Origin: Longimicrobium sp.
GTDB lineage: Bacteria > Gemmatimonadota > Gemmatimonadetes > Longimicrobiales > Longimicrobiaceae
Assembly: GCA_036379135.1 (NCBI GenBank)
Contig: DASUVG010000191.1
Location: 10,320 to 74,319, forward strand
Direction: 5' to 3'
Length of the DNA: 64,000 nt
The translations under genes were made by a program, and so were the position numbers. Positions 17,975 through 29,309 of this stretch are shown piece after piece (positions within the stretch are counted from its first letter, which is position 1; each line of letters begins with the position of its first letter). Below the pieces are notes generated by a model. The model saw only the letters and a list, made by a program, of their open reading frames with translations, was not told the origin of the DNA and ran no database searches.

Positions 17975-18003
17975 TTGACGGAAAGCCCTGTCGGCGATAG
18001 CTT
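17975..18003 (+). promoter_or_regulatory. sigma70-like promoter of tRNA-Glu
   Basis: TTGACG-17nt-TAGCTT. Confidence 0.65.
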
Positions 18004-18015
18004 TATCGGCTTGTT

Positions 18016-18088
18016 GCCCCGTTCGTCTAGTGGCCTAGGACATAGCCCTCTCAAGGCTAAAACACGGGTTCGATTCCCGTACGGGGTA
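18016..18088 (+). tRNA. tRNA-Glu(CTC)
   Basis: acceptor GCCCCGT/ACGGGGT, TAGCC-CTCTCAA-GGCTA, GGTTCGATTCC. Confidence 0.96.
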
Positions 18089-18183
18089 CTGCAGCAAAAA
18101 AATCTGGAGGGCAAAGGGTCAGGTCCCCGCAGGAAGCAGCCCACTCTCCGGCGCGGGCGCGGGTACCCCCCGGCCCGCGATAC

Positions 18184-18258
18184 GGTCGCTTAGCTCAGCT
18201 GGTCCAGAGCGCTCGCTTCACACGCGAGAGGTCATAGGTTCAAATCCTATAGCGACCA
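18184..18258 (+). tRNA. tRNA-Val(CAC)
   Basis: acceptor GGTCGCT/AGCGACC, CTCGC-TTCACAC-GCGAG, GGTTCAAATCC. Confidence 0.96.
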
Positions 18259-18265
18259 CTTTCAC

Positions 18266-18302
18266 GAAAAAGCCCCGCCGCGTCATGCGGCGGGGCTTTT
18301 TC
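18266..18302. terminator. bidirectional rho-independent terminator
   Basis: GAAAAAGCCCCGCCGC-gtcat-GCGGCGGGGCTTTTTC. Confidence 0.9.
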
Positions 18303-18372
18303 GTGCGTCCGGAATCGGCGAACGGCGAACCGGGTGGCCGACCACGCCGGCCGGGCTCCGCAATCCAGTCAA

Positions 18373-18440
18373 GCGGAGGACGCGGAGGAAACGGGAGGAC
18401 GCGGATGAGGAATCGCCATCCGCGTCCTCCCTTCGCGTGA
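18373..18440. repeat. family D hairpin repeat copy 2 (partial)
   Basis: GCGGAGGACGCGGAGGAAACGGGAGGACGCGGATG..CATCCGCGTCCTCCC. Confidence 0.75.
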
Positions 18441-18467
18441 ATCATTCTCCTTCACGACCCCGGGCCT

Positions 18468-20210
18468 TCAGCGGCGCGGCACCGGCCGCACGGCGGCGGG
18501 GCAAAGGGGGAAGGGGACGGTCACGTTCTCGGTGTCGGTGGGCGCGGCCCGCACGTCGGGCATCGTTTCCGCGCCGGGAAGGATGGCCATGAGCGTGGCG
18601 CGGCCCGGTCCGATCCCGCGCACCACGCAGAACGCCTGCGGGCGCTGCATGAGCACCGGCGCCAGGTACATCATGGAGATGTTGTCCAGGTAGTCCAGCA
18701 CCACGTACCTGGCGCCCGCGTCCCGCGCGGCCGCCAGCAGCGAGTCGGGGTCGTTTGTGAACGGGTAGGGGCGCGAGGGATACCCGGACTGCGCCCAGAA
18801 CAGCGTCGGCTTGCGGGCCAGGACGGCGGAGCCCTGGGGGAGCGTGCCGCGCAGGGACGCCGCCAGGCCCAGAAAGTCCTGCCACTCTCCGGGCAGGCAG
18901 GGGTACGGGTTCTCCGGCCCGTACGCCCTGCGGCACTCGGCGGAGAGGTTCATCTCGTGCACCAGCCGCGGCACCCCGCCCGCGGCCAGCACCCCCACCA
19001 GCCCCGCGCCCAGCAGCACCGGCTGCCCGATCCGCCGCCCCGCCGTCCGCACCACCTCCGCCGTGCACACCAGCAGCACGGGGAGGGCGGGGAGCAGAAA
19101 GCGCTCGCCGGACCACTCCGACGGCCAGATGAGCACCAGCCCCATGTAGAGCGGAAGCCACATCTCCGCCAGGCCGGCCCGGCGCAGGCGCATCCCCCAT
19201 CCCACCGCCGACAGCCCCACCACGACGATCCCCACGACGGTCGCGGAGACCGTCATCCGGCTCCCGATCAGCAGGTAGGGCAGGTGGTCGCCCGTGTACT
19301 CCACCACGTTTCGGCCGATGCGCTGCATCATCCCCACGAACGTCACCATCCCCAGCGAAGGTGCGTACGGGTCCACGTGCCACAGGTGCCCGGTGTACGA
19401 GGCGTCGCCCACCATGCGCCCGCGCGCCGACCACGCCACGGCAAACGGCGCCACCACGCCGGCGAACAGCGCCAGCGCCCGCCAGCGGCGCTGCCACCCC
19501 AGCCACGCCGCAGCCGCCGCCACCAGCGGCACGCCGGCGGAGCGGGTGACGTACGCCAGCAGCACCGCCAGCGACGCCAGCGCCAGCGCGCCCCAGCCTC
19601 CCGGCCACGCGTTCCGCGCCGCCGGCTCCGCGGCGAGGTCCGGCGTGGCGGCCACGCGCGCGAACGCCCACAGCCCCAGCATGGTGAAGCCCCAGAACGG
19701 CACGTCCGAGAGCTCCCACCGCGCCAGGTCCACCACGCCGGGGCTGATGGCGAGGACGGTGGCCACCGCCAGCGCGGTGCCCGGCGTGGAGACGCGCCGC
19801 GCCCAGAGGTACGAGAGCGCCACCGCGGCGGCGGAAAAGAGGATGGAGAGGACCTTGAAGCCCACCCACGGCTTTACGCCCAGCGTCATCGCCCCCACCA
19901 GCACCAGCGGCCAGCCGGGCGGATACTGCGTGTGGGAGCGCAGGGCCGGCTCCCACAGCTCCTGGTAAGTGCCGCGCTCCATGATGGACCGCGCGAGCGC
20001 CAGGTACGCGGCGTTGTCGCCGCCGCTGTGCATGGTGGGGTCCAGGGAGAGCAGCGCCAGAACCAGGTGCAGCAGCGCCAGCAGCGCGGCCGCGTGCCAC
20101 GGCCGCACGCGGTCCCACCACGGCTTTGCGGGTGCGGGCGCGGGTGCGGCGGCCTCGGCTGCGCGCCGGGCGGCGCGGGGCTGCGGGGTGGGGCGCTTGG
20201 GGGAGCTCAC
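18468..20210 (-). CDS. GT-C fold glycosyltransferase (ArnT/PMT-like)
   Basis: many TM helices, GGDNAAYLALA, YPPGWP, LSDVPF, ERFLLP; start codon uncertain. Confidence 0.8.
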   Translation of the reverse strand: MSSPKRPTPQPRAARRAAEAAAPAPAPAKPWWDRVRPWHAAALLALLHLVLALLSLDPTMHSGGDNAAYLALARSIMERGTYQELWEPALRSHTQYPPGWPLVLVGAMTLGVKPWVGFKVLSILFSAAAVALSYLWARRVSTPGTALAVATVLAISPGVVDLARWELSDVPFWGFTMLGLWAFARVAATPDLAAEPAARNAWPGGWGALALASLAVLLAYVTRSAGVPLVAAAAAWLGWQRRWRALALFAGVVAPFAVAWSARGRMVGDASYTGHLWHVDPYAPSLGMVTFVGMMQRIGRNVVEYTGDHLPYLLIGSRMTVSATVVGIVVVGLSAVGWGMRLRRAGLAEMWLPLYMGLVLIWPSEWSGERFLLPALPVLLVCTAEVVRTAGRRIGQPVLLGAGLVGVLAAGGVPRLVHEMNLSAECRRAYGPENPYPCLPGEWQDFLGLAASLRGTLPQGSAVLARKPTLFWAQSGYPSRPYPFTNDPDSLLAAARDAGARYVVLDYLDNISMMYLAPVLMQRPQAFCVVRGIGPGRATLMAILPGAETMPDVRAAPTDTENVTVPFPLCPAAVRPVPRR

Positions 20211-20452
20211 GGGAGGGGGCGCTGGATCGATCGTGGTCGGCTGGACGTTTGTGCGGCGGCGTAGAAACGTAGCGCGCGGGAACCCGGCGGACAACGCGCG
20301 CGGCGGCGCGTCCGGGACGGCGCCACCGCTGTGCGTTGCGGCGTCAGGCGTTATCTTCTCCTGGTGCGGAGGCGGACCCCGCACCGGCCGCCGCGGGTAC
20401 GCCCCGCCGCACCGGATTCACCGATGCATCCATCCCTGAAGTGTCCCTGCGC

Positions 20453-21232
20453 ATGAAGCTGAAGTCCCTTGCCGCCGCACTGGCGCTGACGCTGGCGACC
20501 GCGTCCGCCGTGCCGGCGCAGCTGCGGATCGACATCAACATCCCCGCCAACCGCCTGCGCGTGCTGGACGGCGACAGCGTGCTGCGCACGTACCGCGTGA
20601 GCGTGGGGGTGCCGGGCCACGACACGCCGGACGGATCGTTCACCATCGAGCGGGCGGAGTGGAACCCGTCGTGGCGTCCGCCGCCGGGGCGCGAGTGGTC
20701 GCGCGAAGCCCGGTTCACGCCGCCCGGGCCCAACAACCCCATGGGCCGGGTAAAGCTGTTCTTCGCGCCGCTGTACTACATCCACGGCACCTCCGACACG
20801 GCCAGCATCGGCCAGGCGGCCTCGCACGGGTGCATACGGATGCGCAACCGCGACGTGATCGCCCTGGCGCGCCTGCTGCATCAGCACGCCCAGCCCACGG
20901 TGGCGCCCGCGGAGATCGACGCCATCCTGCGCCGTTCCGGCACCACCCGCTGGTCCACGTTCCGCGCGCCCGTGCCGCTGGTCCTGCGCTACGACCCGGT
21001 GGAGATCGAGGGCGGCGAGCTGCGCATCCACCCCGACGTGTACGAGCGCAGCCGCGTCCACACCGAAGGGGTGATCCAGGCGCTGCTGGCCGCGGGCTAC
21101 GACGCGCGCTCCATCGACCGCCAGCAGATCCGCGCCGTCCTGCGCCGCGCCGGCGAGGCGGAGGGCACGTACACCGTGCAGCTGGCCGACGCCTTCACCG
21201 GCCTGCGCCGCCGGAGCGTCGCGTCGAACTGA
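20453..21232 (+). CDS. L,D-transpeptidase (YkuD family)
   Basis: signal peptide; PGPNNPMG, YIHGT...SHGCIRM. Confidence 0.93.
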   Translation: MKLKSLAAALALTLATASAVPAQLRIDINIPANRLRVLDGDSVLRTYRVSVGVPGHDTPDGSFTIERAEWNPSWRPPPGREWSREARFTPPGPNNPMGRVKLFFAPLYYIHGTSDTASIGQAASHGCIRMRNRDVIALARLLHQHAQPTVAPAEIDAILRRSGTTRWSTFRAPVPLVLRYDPVEIEGGELRIHPDVYERSRVHTEGVIQALLAAGYDARSIDRQQIRAVLRRAGEAEGTYTVQLADAFTGLRRRSVASN

Positions 21233-21626
21233 TCCTGGCCGGCTGGATGGAGCGCGAAGGGCGGGGCCGCGTGCCTCGTCCTTTCGATTGCCACCATCCG
21301 GAGCCGTCAGGAGAGGTAGCGCGCCCGCAGCAGCTCCGTCATCGTTCCTCCCGCGGGTCCGCGATGCGGACGATGGCCGGAAGCCGCGGTATCACTGCTC
21401 CGGCGTGCGGGGAACGTGGCCGTCAGGCGGGCCGTACCCGATCCAGGAACGCGGCAGGTCCCTGATCGGCGCAAGTTTCTGGTTCATCGCGGATTTGGTT
21501 GCATGCCACGCCTGGCGGGAAGCGGTGGCGGGTTCACCATGCGCGACACCGTGTCCCGCATGTCGGCCGTGGCGGGGCACACCGGGCTTCCCTGAGGACG
21601 TTGGGAACTGCAGGCAGATGGACGCC

Positions 21627-21912
21627 CGGCAGGGAGCCATCCGCATTTTTTCTGGAACACCTTTCCCGCCGCAGCGCCCTGCAGCCCACCATTCCGGCTT
21701 CACCCGATGCGCGATCCTGCGAACCGCCCCCCTCGCGCGAACTTCTGCGGGAACGCCCCCGGCCTTCTCGCGGACCCAGGCTTCGCCAGATCGCGCATCG
21801 GGTGTTCGTGGAGGCCGGCTCCGGTGCGCGTGCGGCAGGAGGTCGGCGCCAGGCTGGGGACGAGGATGGCGGGATAGGTATCTCCCGGAAAAATTCTCAT
21901 GGCCCCCTGCCG
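21627..21912. repeat. nested long inverted-repeat element (family F)
   Basis: perfect 16-bp IR 21701-21716/21789-21804 plus imperfect outer IR ~21627-21657/21883-21912; right arm recurs at ~38150-38262. Confidence 0.7.
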
Positions 21913-22143
21913 CGCTTCCTTCCCTCTGCCGTTCCCGACGCGTCCACACACGCGTGGAGCAACCCCCACCCGCCGCCGTGCCCTGACACCCTTCCACTGC
22001 ATCGCGGGTCACCTCGCCCCTGGAGAGCGCGACCGCAGTTTGCAACCAGATCCCCGATGAACCCAAAAAGAATTACCACACAGAGCAGCAGAGGGGCAGA
22101 GAAGCAGAGAAGGACGTCCTCTGCCGGCACATCGGTCTGGTTT

Positions 22144-24255
22144 TCAGAACGGCGTGCCCATGCTCAGCTGCAGCTGCAGGCGGCGCCGAAAGCGGGTCCA
22201 CGCATCGGGATCGTCGTAGCCGTACGGGTCGTAGAACGCCGTGCCGACGACGCGGTAGCCGCCGTCCGCGCCGCGCGCCAGCAGGGGGTACTCCCGCGCG
22301 GGGGACGGGTTGTAGGCCACGTCCACGCGGATGGGGCCGGCCGGCGTCAGCGCCAGCACGCCCACGCCGGGGGTCACGATCGACTCCGTGCGCATTCCCA
22401 GGGGGCCGGCCGCGCCGCCGCGGCTGCGCACGGCGCCCGCGTCCACGAACGCCGCCAGGTGAACGCCACGCGTGGCCCACAGGCGCGCCTCCACGCTGGC
22501 CTCCGCCAGCAGGTCTCCCCCGGCGGCGCGCATGTAGACGTCGTCCGGGGCCAGCGGCGCGCAGGAGGCGGTGTCGTCGCACAGGTCCGCGGTGTCGCGG
22601 ATGATCAGCATCCGCGGACCCAGCAGGTTTACCGGCACGCCGCGCACGCCGCCCGGTCCGCCGCCGAACAGGCGAAGCTGCGGCGGCAGCGGCGCGTCTG
22701 CGCCGGCCAGCACGCCCAGCCGCGCCCGCGCCCCCACCTGCACCCGCGCGCCCAGCAGCCGCGTGGCCGAGCCCTCCAGCACCGCCCGCGCAAAGTCGTG
22801 GTCCGAGCCCGTCGCCCCGCCCGCGGCGGCGAGGGCCAGGGTGAGCGATGGCACCCACCGCGGCCGCTCGGGCGCCAGCCACGCCGGCCCCGGCGGCGGC
22901 GGGCCCAGCGCCGCGCGCGCGCCGAGCGGCGCCCACTCCACCCGCGCCTCCACCTGCGCCAGCGTGGCGGACTGCTCGCCGCCGTCCGCCCCGCACCGGC
23001 CGTAGAGCGCGCAGTAGAACGCGCCGCCGGAGCCGCCGGCGCTGCGCTCCGGCGCGAACGCCAGCGTGCCCGTCACCCCGCGCGCCAGCTCGCGCGTCAG
23101 GCCCACGCGCGCCTGCCAGCCGCGCCGCACGTAGGCGCGCTGCGCCGCCTCGCGCAGAAGCGCGCCTTCCAGCAGCAGCCACGACGCGCGCCCCACCGGC
23201 TGCGCCAGGCTGGCGCGCGCCGTGTACGCCGGCTCGGTGAACTCGCCCGTCTCCTGGCGCCCGCACAGCTCCGAGGCGAGCAGGTTGGATGCGCCGCCGG
23301 AGAGCGTGAGCACGCGCGGCGCGCCGAACGCGTAGCTGTGCGACACCGTCCCCTGCGCGCCCACGCACCCGCTGGACCCCACCACCCCCTCGATCCCGTA
23401 CCGCGCCGTCTTTCCCGTCCCCACGGCGATGAACGTCTCCACCACGCTGTCGCTCCACGTGACGGCGGCGGGGCGAATCTCCACGGAATCGACGATGGGC
23501 AGGCCGTACAGCCGCTCCACCGCGTGCTCCAGCAGCGCGGGCGAAAAGCGCTGGCCGGGCCGGTACGGAAGCCGCCGGCGGACGTCGTCGCCCTGCAGCG
23601 GCGGCTCGGCGCGGACGGTGGTGGGGCCGAAGACGGAGGCGGGGCCGGGGATGACGACGATCACCACGTCCGCCACGCCGCCCTCGACCGGCTGCGGCGG
23701 CGCATCCACCCGCACGAACGCGTGCCCCCGCTCGCCGAAGCGCCGGGCGACCCGCCGCTGCGCCGCCTGGATGCGCGGCAGGGCGTACACGTCGCCGGGA
23801 CCGATGGGGAGCGACGCGGCGGTGAGGTCCGGGAGCGATTCCGCGCCGCGGAGCACCACGTTGCGCACGCGCACCGGCGCCCCCTCCGCGATCGCGAAGC
23901 GCACGCGCACGTCGCCGTCGTCCAGCGTATCGATGCCGGCGCGGGCGGTCGCCTGGGGAAAGCCCCACGTGGCGTAGGTTTGGCGGATGGCCTCCTCGTC
24001 GCGGCGCACGGCCGCGGTGTCCAGAAACACCCGCCGCTCCGCCCAGTCCGCATCCCCCAGGCAGAACAGCGCGTAAAAGGGCGATTCGCAGGTCGATTCC
24101 CGCGTCTCCATCGCCGCGCGGAGCACCGCCTGGTCCAGCGCCCGCACGCCGGTGAGCTCCACGTCCTCCACGGCCGCGCCGTCCGCCGTCTGCGCGGCGA
24201 GGGGCGCGGCGAGGAGGCCCAGGATCAACAGGCACAGCGGCGGCAGGCGCATCAT
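22144..24255 (-). CDS. BamA/TamA (Omp85) family outer membrane protein
   Basis: signal peptide, POTRA-like repeats, FGGGPGGVRG, GPIRVD, terminal Phe. Confidence 0.88.
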   Translation of the reverse strand: MMRLPPLCLLILGLLAAPLAAQTADGAAVEDVELTGVRALDQAVLRAAMETRESTCESPFYALFCLGDADWAERRVFLDTAAVRRDEEAIRQTYATWGFPQATARAGIDTLDDGDVRVRFAIAEGAPVRVRNVVLRGAESLPDLTAASLPIGPGDVYALPRIQAAQRRVARRFGERGHAFVRVDAPPQPVEGGVADVVIVVIPGPASVFGPTTVRAEPPLQGDDVRRRLPYRPGQRFSPALLEHAVERLYGLPIVDSVEIRPAAVTWSDSVVETFIAVGTGKTARYGIEGVVGSSGCVGAQGTVSHSYAFGAPRVLTLSGGASNLLASELCGRQETGEFTEPAYTARASLAQPVGRASWLLLEGALLREAAQRAYVRRGWQARVGLTRELARGVTGTLAFAPERSAGGSGGAFYCALYGRCGADGGEQSATLAQVEARVEWAPLGARAALGPPPPGPAWLAPERPRWVPSLTLALAAAGGATGSDHDFARAVLEGSATRLLGARVQVGARARLGVLAGADAPLPPQLRLFGGGPGGVRGVPVNLLGPRMLIIRDTADLCDDTASCAPLAPDDVYMRAAGGDLLAEASVEARLWATRGVHLAAFVDAGAVRSRGGAAGPLGMRTESIVTPGVGVLALTPAGPIRVDVAYNPSPAREYPLLARGADGGYRVVGTAFYDPYGYDDPDAWTRFRRRLQLQLSMGTPF

Positions 24256-24302
24256 GATTCCTGATCTGCAAGCATTCGGGCGATGCGGGGCGTTCCCGCC
24301 GG

Positions 24303-24620
24303 CCCTCTCCCCCCGGACGGCCTTTCGCTCGTTCCTCGCGACGGCGTCCGACCCCTCCCCCAACCCCGGGGGAGGGGTTGTGCGCGCGACAGCTTTGTCG
24401 AAGCGCGTCACCTCTCCCCCAGGGGTTTTGGGGGAGAGGCCGGGAGAGGGGGCGCCCCGCGGACGCAGCGCGCGACCTGGCGCCGCGCAATCGAATTCTC
24501 TCGGTCCCATCGGCCTCCACGGAGTCGGGGCGTTCCCGTCGGCCCCCGGACGGCCTTTCGCTCGTTCCTCACGACGGCGTCCGACCGCTCCCCACACCCC
24601 GGGCCACCCCGGGGGAGGGG
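24303..24620. repeat. cluster of CCCTCYCCC..GGGGRAGGG palindromic repeats (family C)
   Basis: two copies of CCCCGGACGGCCTTTCGCTCGTTCCTCRCGACGGCGTCCGACC; third copy at 29004-29079. Confidence 0.8.
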
Positions 24621-24648
24621 TTGTGGCGAAACCCCCCGCGTCATCGGC

Positions 24649-24693
24649 AACGGCACGAGAAAACTCCGCTGACTCCGCTAACTCTGCGTGAGG
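24649..24693 (+). repeat. family E repeat copy 1
   Basis: ACGGCACGAGAAAACTCCGCTGACTCCGCTAACTCTGCGTGAGG; copies at 38370-38414 and 41719-41756. Confidence 0.85.
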
Positions 24694-24712
24694 CCAATCT
24701 TTTCCCTCGTGA

Positions 24713-26101
<1,389 letters not shown>

Positions 26102-26180
26102 TGACGGCGGCGGCGGAGCAGGGATCCGGCGCCCGGGGAGCACAGGAAAGTCGACTACCAACCACTACGGATCGGAAACG

Positions 26181-26510
26181 ATGGACATCCTTCTACTGGC
26201 GCTCATCCAGGCGCAGCAGCCGGCGCGGCCGCAGGGCGGCGGGTTGATGGGCTTTCTGCCGCTCGTCATCCTCTTCTTTCTGTTCTGGATCATGATCATC
26301 GTCCCGCAGCGGCGGCAGGCCAAGGCGCACCTGGAGATGGTGCAGGCGCTGCAGAAGGGCGACCAGGTGGTGACGGCCGGCGGGATCATCGGCGTGATCA
26401 GCGGGATTCGCGAGGACCAGGTGGAGGTGCGCACGGGGACCTCGACGGTGGTGGTGGAGCGCTCCAAGATCTCCCGGCGCGTGGATCCCGCGGCGGGGAA
26501 CAAGGCGTAG
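26181..26510 (+). CDS. yajC: preprotein translocase subunit YajC
   Basis: single TM helix, PQRRQ, LQKGDQVVTAGGIIG; follows tgt. Confidence 0.95.
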   Translation: MDILLLALIQAQQPARPQGGGLMGFLPLVILFFLFWIMIIVPQRRQAKAHLEMVQALQKGDQVVTAGGIIGVISGIREDQVEVRTGTSTVVVERSKISRRVDPAAGNKA

Positions 26511-26512
26511 CG

Positions 26513-27013
26513 ATGGCCCGGCTCCCCATCGTGCTGCTGGGCGCGGACATCCTGCGCCAGAAGGCGGAGACGGTCCCTGCCCCCGGGCCGGAGCTGGACC
26601 GCCTGGTGGCCGACATGTTCGAGACCATGTACGACGCGCACGGCATCGGCCTGGCGGCGCCGCAGATCGGGCTTTCGGAGCGGCTGATCGTGGTGGACGT
26701 GAACGACGAGGACTCCACGCCCATGGCCCTGGTGAACCCCGTCGTGGTGGAGTTCGGGGAGGGCAAGGACCGGGTGGAGGAGGGGTGCCTGAGCATCCCC
26801 GGCGTCGCCGCGTCGGTGGAGCGGCCGACCACGTGCGTGGTGGAGGCCACGGACGCGAAGGGGCAGCCCCTGCGCATCGAGGCGCGGGGGATGCTGGCGC
26901 GCTGCCTTCAGCACGAGATCGACCACCTGGACGGCGTGCTGTTCACCGACCGCATCTCGCCCATCAAGCGCAAGATGCTGCTGGCCAAGTACCGCAAGCT
27001 GGCCGAAAAGTGA
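26513..27013 (+). CDS. def: peptide deformylase
   Basis: GIGLAAPQIG, EGCLS, QHEIDHLDG. Confidence 0.97.
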   Translation: MARLPIVLLGADILRQKAETVPAPGPELDRLVADMFETMYDAHGIGLAAPQIGLSERLIVVDVNDEDSTPMALVNPVVVEFGEGKDRVEEGCLSIPGVAASVERPTTCVVEATDAKGQPLRIEARGMLARCLQHEIDHLDGVLFTDRISPIKRKMLLAKYRKLAEK

Positions 27014-27020
27014 GGCACGC

Positions 27021-27959
27021 GTGAAGGTCCTGTTCTGGGGCACCCCGGCGTTCGCGCTCCCCGCGCTCCGCTCCCTTTCGGAAGAGGGGCACGTGGTGGT
27101 GGGCGTCGTTACGCAGCCGGACCGGCCCGCCGGGCGCGGCCGCGAGGTGGCCATGTCGCCGATCAAGCAGGAGGCGCTGGAGGAGGGGATCCCCGTCCTG
27201 CAGCCCGAAAAGGCGCGCGGCGACGAGTTCCTGGCGCAGATCCGCGCGCTGGACGCCGACATCTCCGTCGTGGTGGCGTACGGGCAGATCCTGAAGCCCG
27301 AGGTGCTGGCGGTGCCGCGGCTGGGCTCGGTGAACATCCACGCCTCGCTGCTGCCGGAGCTGCGCGGCGCGGCGCCGATCCAGTGGGCCATCGTGCGCGG
27401 CCACGCCGCCAGCGGCGTCACCATCATGCGCATGGAGGCCGGGCTGGACAGCGGGCCCATGCTGATGCGCGTGGAGGAGCCGATCGAGCCCGAGGAGTCG
27501 GCCGGCGAGCTGGGCGCGCGGCTGGCGGAGATCGGCGCCGAGGCGCTGGTGGAGGTGCTGGCGCTGCTGGAGACGGGCGACATCGTCGACCAGCCGCAGG
27601 ACCACGCGCGCGCCACCTACGCGCCCAAGGTGGACCGCGAGACGGCGCGCATCGACTGGAGCAAACCGGCGGACGAGGTGGCGCTGTGGATCCGCGGGAT
27701 GGACGACGTTCCCGGCGCATGGAGCCCGCTGGGCGCGCGCGGCCCGGTAAAGCTCTTTCGCCCGAAGGTGGTGAACGAGACGGGCGGGTTCGCGGGCGAG
27801 GTGCTGGAGGCGGGCGACGCGGGCGTGCTGATCGCCTGCGGGCTGGGCGCGGTGCGCGTGGGCGAGGTGCAGCCCCCCGGCAAGCGCCGCATGGCCGCCG
27901 GCGACTGGGTGCGCGGCCGCGGCGTCTCCGTCGGCGACCGGTTCGGCGGCGAGGGGTGA
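27021..27959 (+). CDS. fmt: methionyl-tRNA formyltransferase
   Basis: FWGTPAFA, TQPDRPAGRG, NIHASLLP..RGAAPI. Confidence 0.97.
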   Translation: MKVLFWGTPAFALPALRSLSEEGHVVVGVVTQPDRPAGRGREVAMSPIKQEALEEGIPVLQPEKARGDEFLAQIRALDADISVVVAYGQILKPEVLAVPRLGSVNIHASLLPELRGAAPIQWAIVRGHAASGVTIMRMEAGLDSGPMLMRVEEPIEPEESAGELGARLAEIGAEALVEVLALLETGDIVDQPQDHARATYAPKVDRETARIDWSKPADEVALWIRGMDDVPGAWSPLGARGPVKLFRPKVVNETGGFAGEVLEAGDAGVLIACGLGAVRVGEVQPPGKRRMAAGDWVRGRGVSVGDRFGGEG

Positions 27960-28064
27960 GCGGTACGAAGGTACGGATGCGAATCGTTCCGGTGCGGGTG
28001 AACGCGGATTCTGCCACCAGGAGGCGATGGATTCGCAGGCAATTTCGCGAAGTCCGCCCCGGGA

Positions 28065-28111
28065 GCGAATGAATTCGTCGCTGGAAAAGCGCAAAGTCCG
28101 CCTTCGCGGAC
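28065..28111 (-). repeat. family B REP-like copy 2
   Basis: reverse complement of 12310-12356. Confidence 0.9.
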
Positions 28112-28148
28112 TGCGTCCGGGAGCGCGGAGCGCCGTGCGGGTCTGCGG

Positions 28149-28772
28149 ATGAAGCGGGATTCCATTCCGCCGCTGCACGTGGTGACGGACGACGCGATGG
28201 TGGCGCGGGGGGATTTCCTTCGCCAGGCGGGGCGGGTGATCGCGGCCGGCGGGCCGCTGGTCCTGTTTCACCTTCGCGCGCCGCGCACGTCCGGGCGGCG
28301 GCTGTACGAGCTCGGGTGCGCGCTGATGCACCCGGTGTACTACGAGGACGGGTTCATCGTCGTCAACGACCGCGCGGACGTGGCGATGGCGATCGAAGCG
28401 GACGGCGTGCAGCTGGGCGCCCGCGGACTGCGCCCCGCCGACGCGCGCCAGCTGGACCTGGACTGGCTCGGCGTCTCGGTGCACTCGGCGGACGAGGCCC
28501 GCGCGGCGCGGGCGGACGGCGCCGACTTCGTGCTCGCCGGCACCGTCTGGGCGACGCCGTCGCATCCGGAGCGCCGCGGCGCCGGGACCGGGCTGATCCG
28601 CGAGATCGCCGCGCTGGGCATCCCCACGGTCGCGATCGGGGGCGTGACGCTGGAGCGGGTGGCGGAGGCGCGGGACGCGGGCGCGGCGGGGGTGGCGACC
28701 CTCCGCGGCGTGTGGGACGCGCCCGATCCGGCCGCCGCGGTGAGCGAATATCTGAAGCACTGGATGGGATAG
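28149..28772 (+). CDS. thiE: thiamine-phosphate synthase (ThiE/TenI family)
   Basis: VNDRAD, DGVQLG, GVSVHS, T.SH, AIGGV; adjacent to thiS/thiG. Confidence 0.85.
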   Translation: MKRDSIPPLHVVTDDAMVARGDFLRQAGRVIAAGGPLVLFHLRAPRTSGRRLYELGCALMHPVYYEDGFIVVNDRADVAMAIEADGVQLGARGLRPADARQLDLDWLGVSVHSADEARAARADGADFVLAGTVWATPSHPERRGAGTGLIREIAALGIPTVAIGGVTLERVAEARDAGAAGVATLRGVWDAPDPAAAVSEYLKHWMG

Positions 28773-29000
28773 ATGTCCGATACGCTGGTTGCGGCCACCA
28801 TCACGGTCCGCGTGAACGGCGACGCGCGCGAGATCCCCGCGGGGCTGACCGTCGCGGCGCTGCTGGCGCACCTGGACCTGCACCCGCGCATGGTCGTCGT
28901 GGAGCACAACGGCGAGATCCTGCGCCGCGAGCAGCTGGACGAGACCGCCGTCACGGAAGGCGACCAGCTGGAGCTCGTCCACTTCGTCGGCGGCGGGTGA
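28773..29000 (+). CDS. thiS: sulfur carrier protein ThiS
   Basis: VNG...VVEHNGEI...ELVHFVGGG C-terminus. Confidence 0.95.
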   Translation: MSDTLVAATITVRVNGDAREIPAGLTVAALLAHLDLHPRMVVVEHNGEILRREQLDETAVTEGDQLELVHFVGGG

Positions 29001-29003
29001 GGG

Positions 29004-29190
29004 GCCCTCTCCCCCGGACGGCCGTTCGCTCGTTCCTCGCGACGGCGTCCGACCCCTCCCCCAAACTGCGGGGGAGGGGTGATTGAGAGGAGCCCGGCGC
29101 TCCGGGAACGATGGAGGGGTTTTCGTGACGTTTATACCCTCTCCCGCTTGCGGGAGAGGGTGCGAGCCTGAGCGAGCGGGTGAGGGCTCC
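29004..29190. repeat. family C palindromic repeats
   Basis: CCCTCTCCCCCGGACGG..., CCCTCTCCCGCTTGCGGGAGAGGG. Confidence 0.8.
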
Positions 29191-29204
29191 CGCGGGCGCT
29201 CAGG

Positions 29205-29251
29205 GCGAATGAATTCGCGGCTGGGAAAACGCAATGTCCGCCTGCGCGGAC
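29205..29251 (-). repeat. family B REP-like copy 3
   Basis: GCGAATGAATTCGCGGCTGGGAAAACGCAATGTCCGCCTGCGCGGAC. Confidence 0.9.
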
Positions 29252-29266
29252 GAAGATCGTGCACGT

Positions 29267-29303
29267 ACTTTCGCACTTTCGCACTCTCGCACTTTCGCAC
29301 TCG
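29267..29303. repeat. tandem 8-mer (ACTTTCGC)x4
   Basis: directly visible just upstream of thiG. Confidence 0.85.
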
Positions 29304-29309
29304 TTGTTG

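Noticed and set aside
18184..18470. Integrative element at the tRNA cluster
   Set aside because: No integrase and no duplicated tRNA 3' end noticed; a terminator and host-like genes follow
27960..28148. TPP riboswitch upstream of thiE
   Set aside because: No CTGAGA or CCTGA..TAAT..GCG.AGG core seen; the space holds a family B repeat
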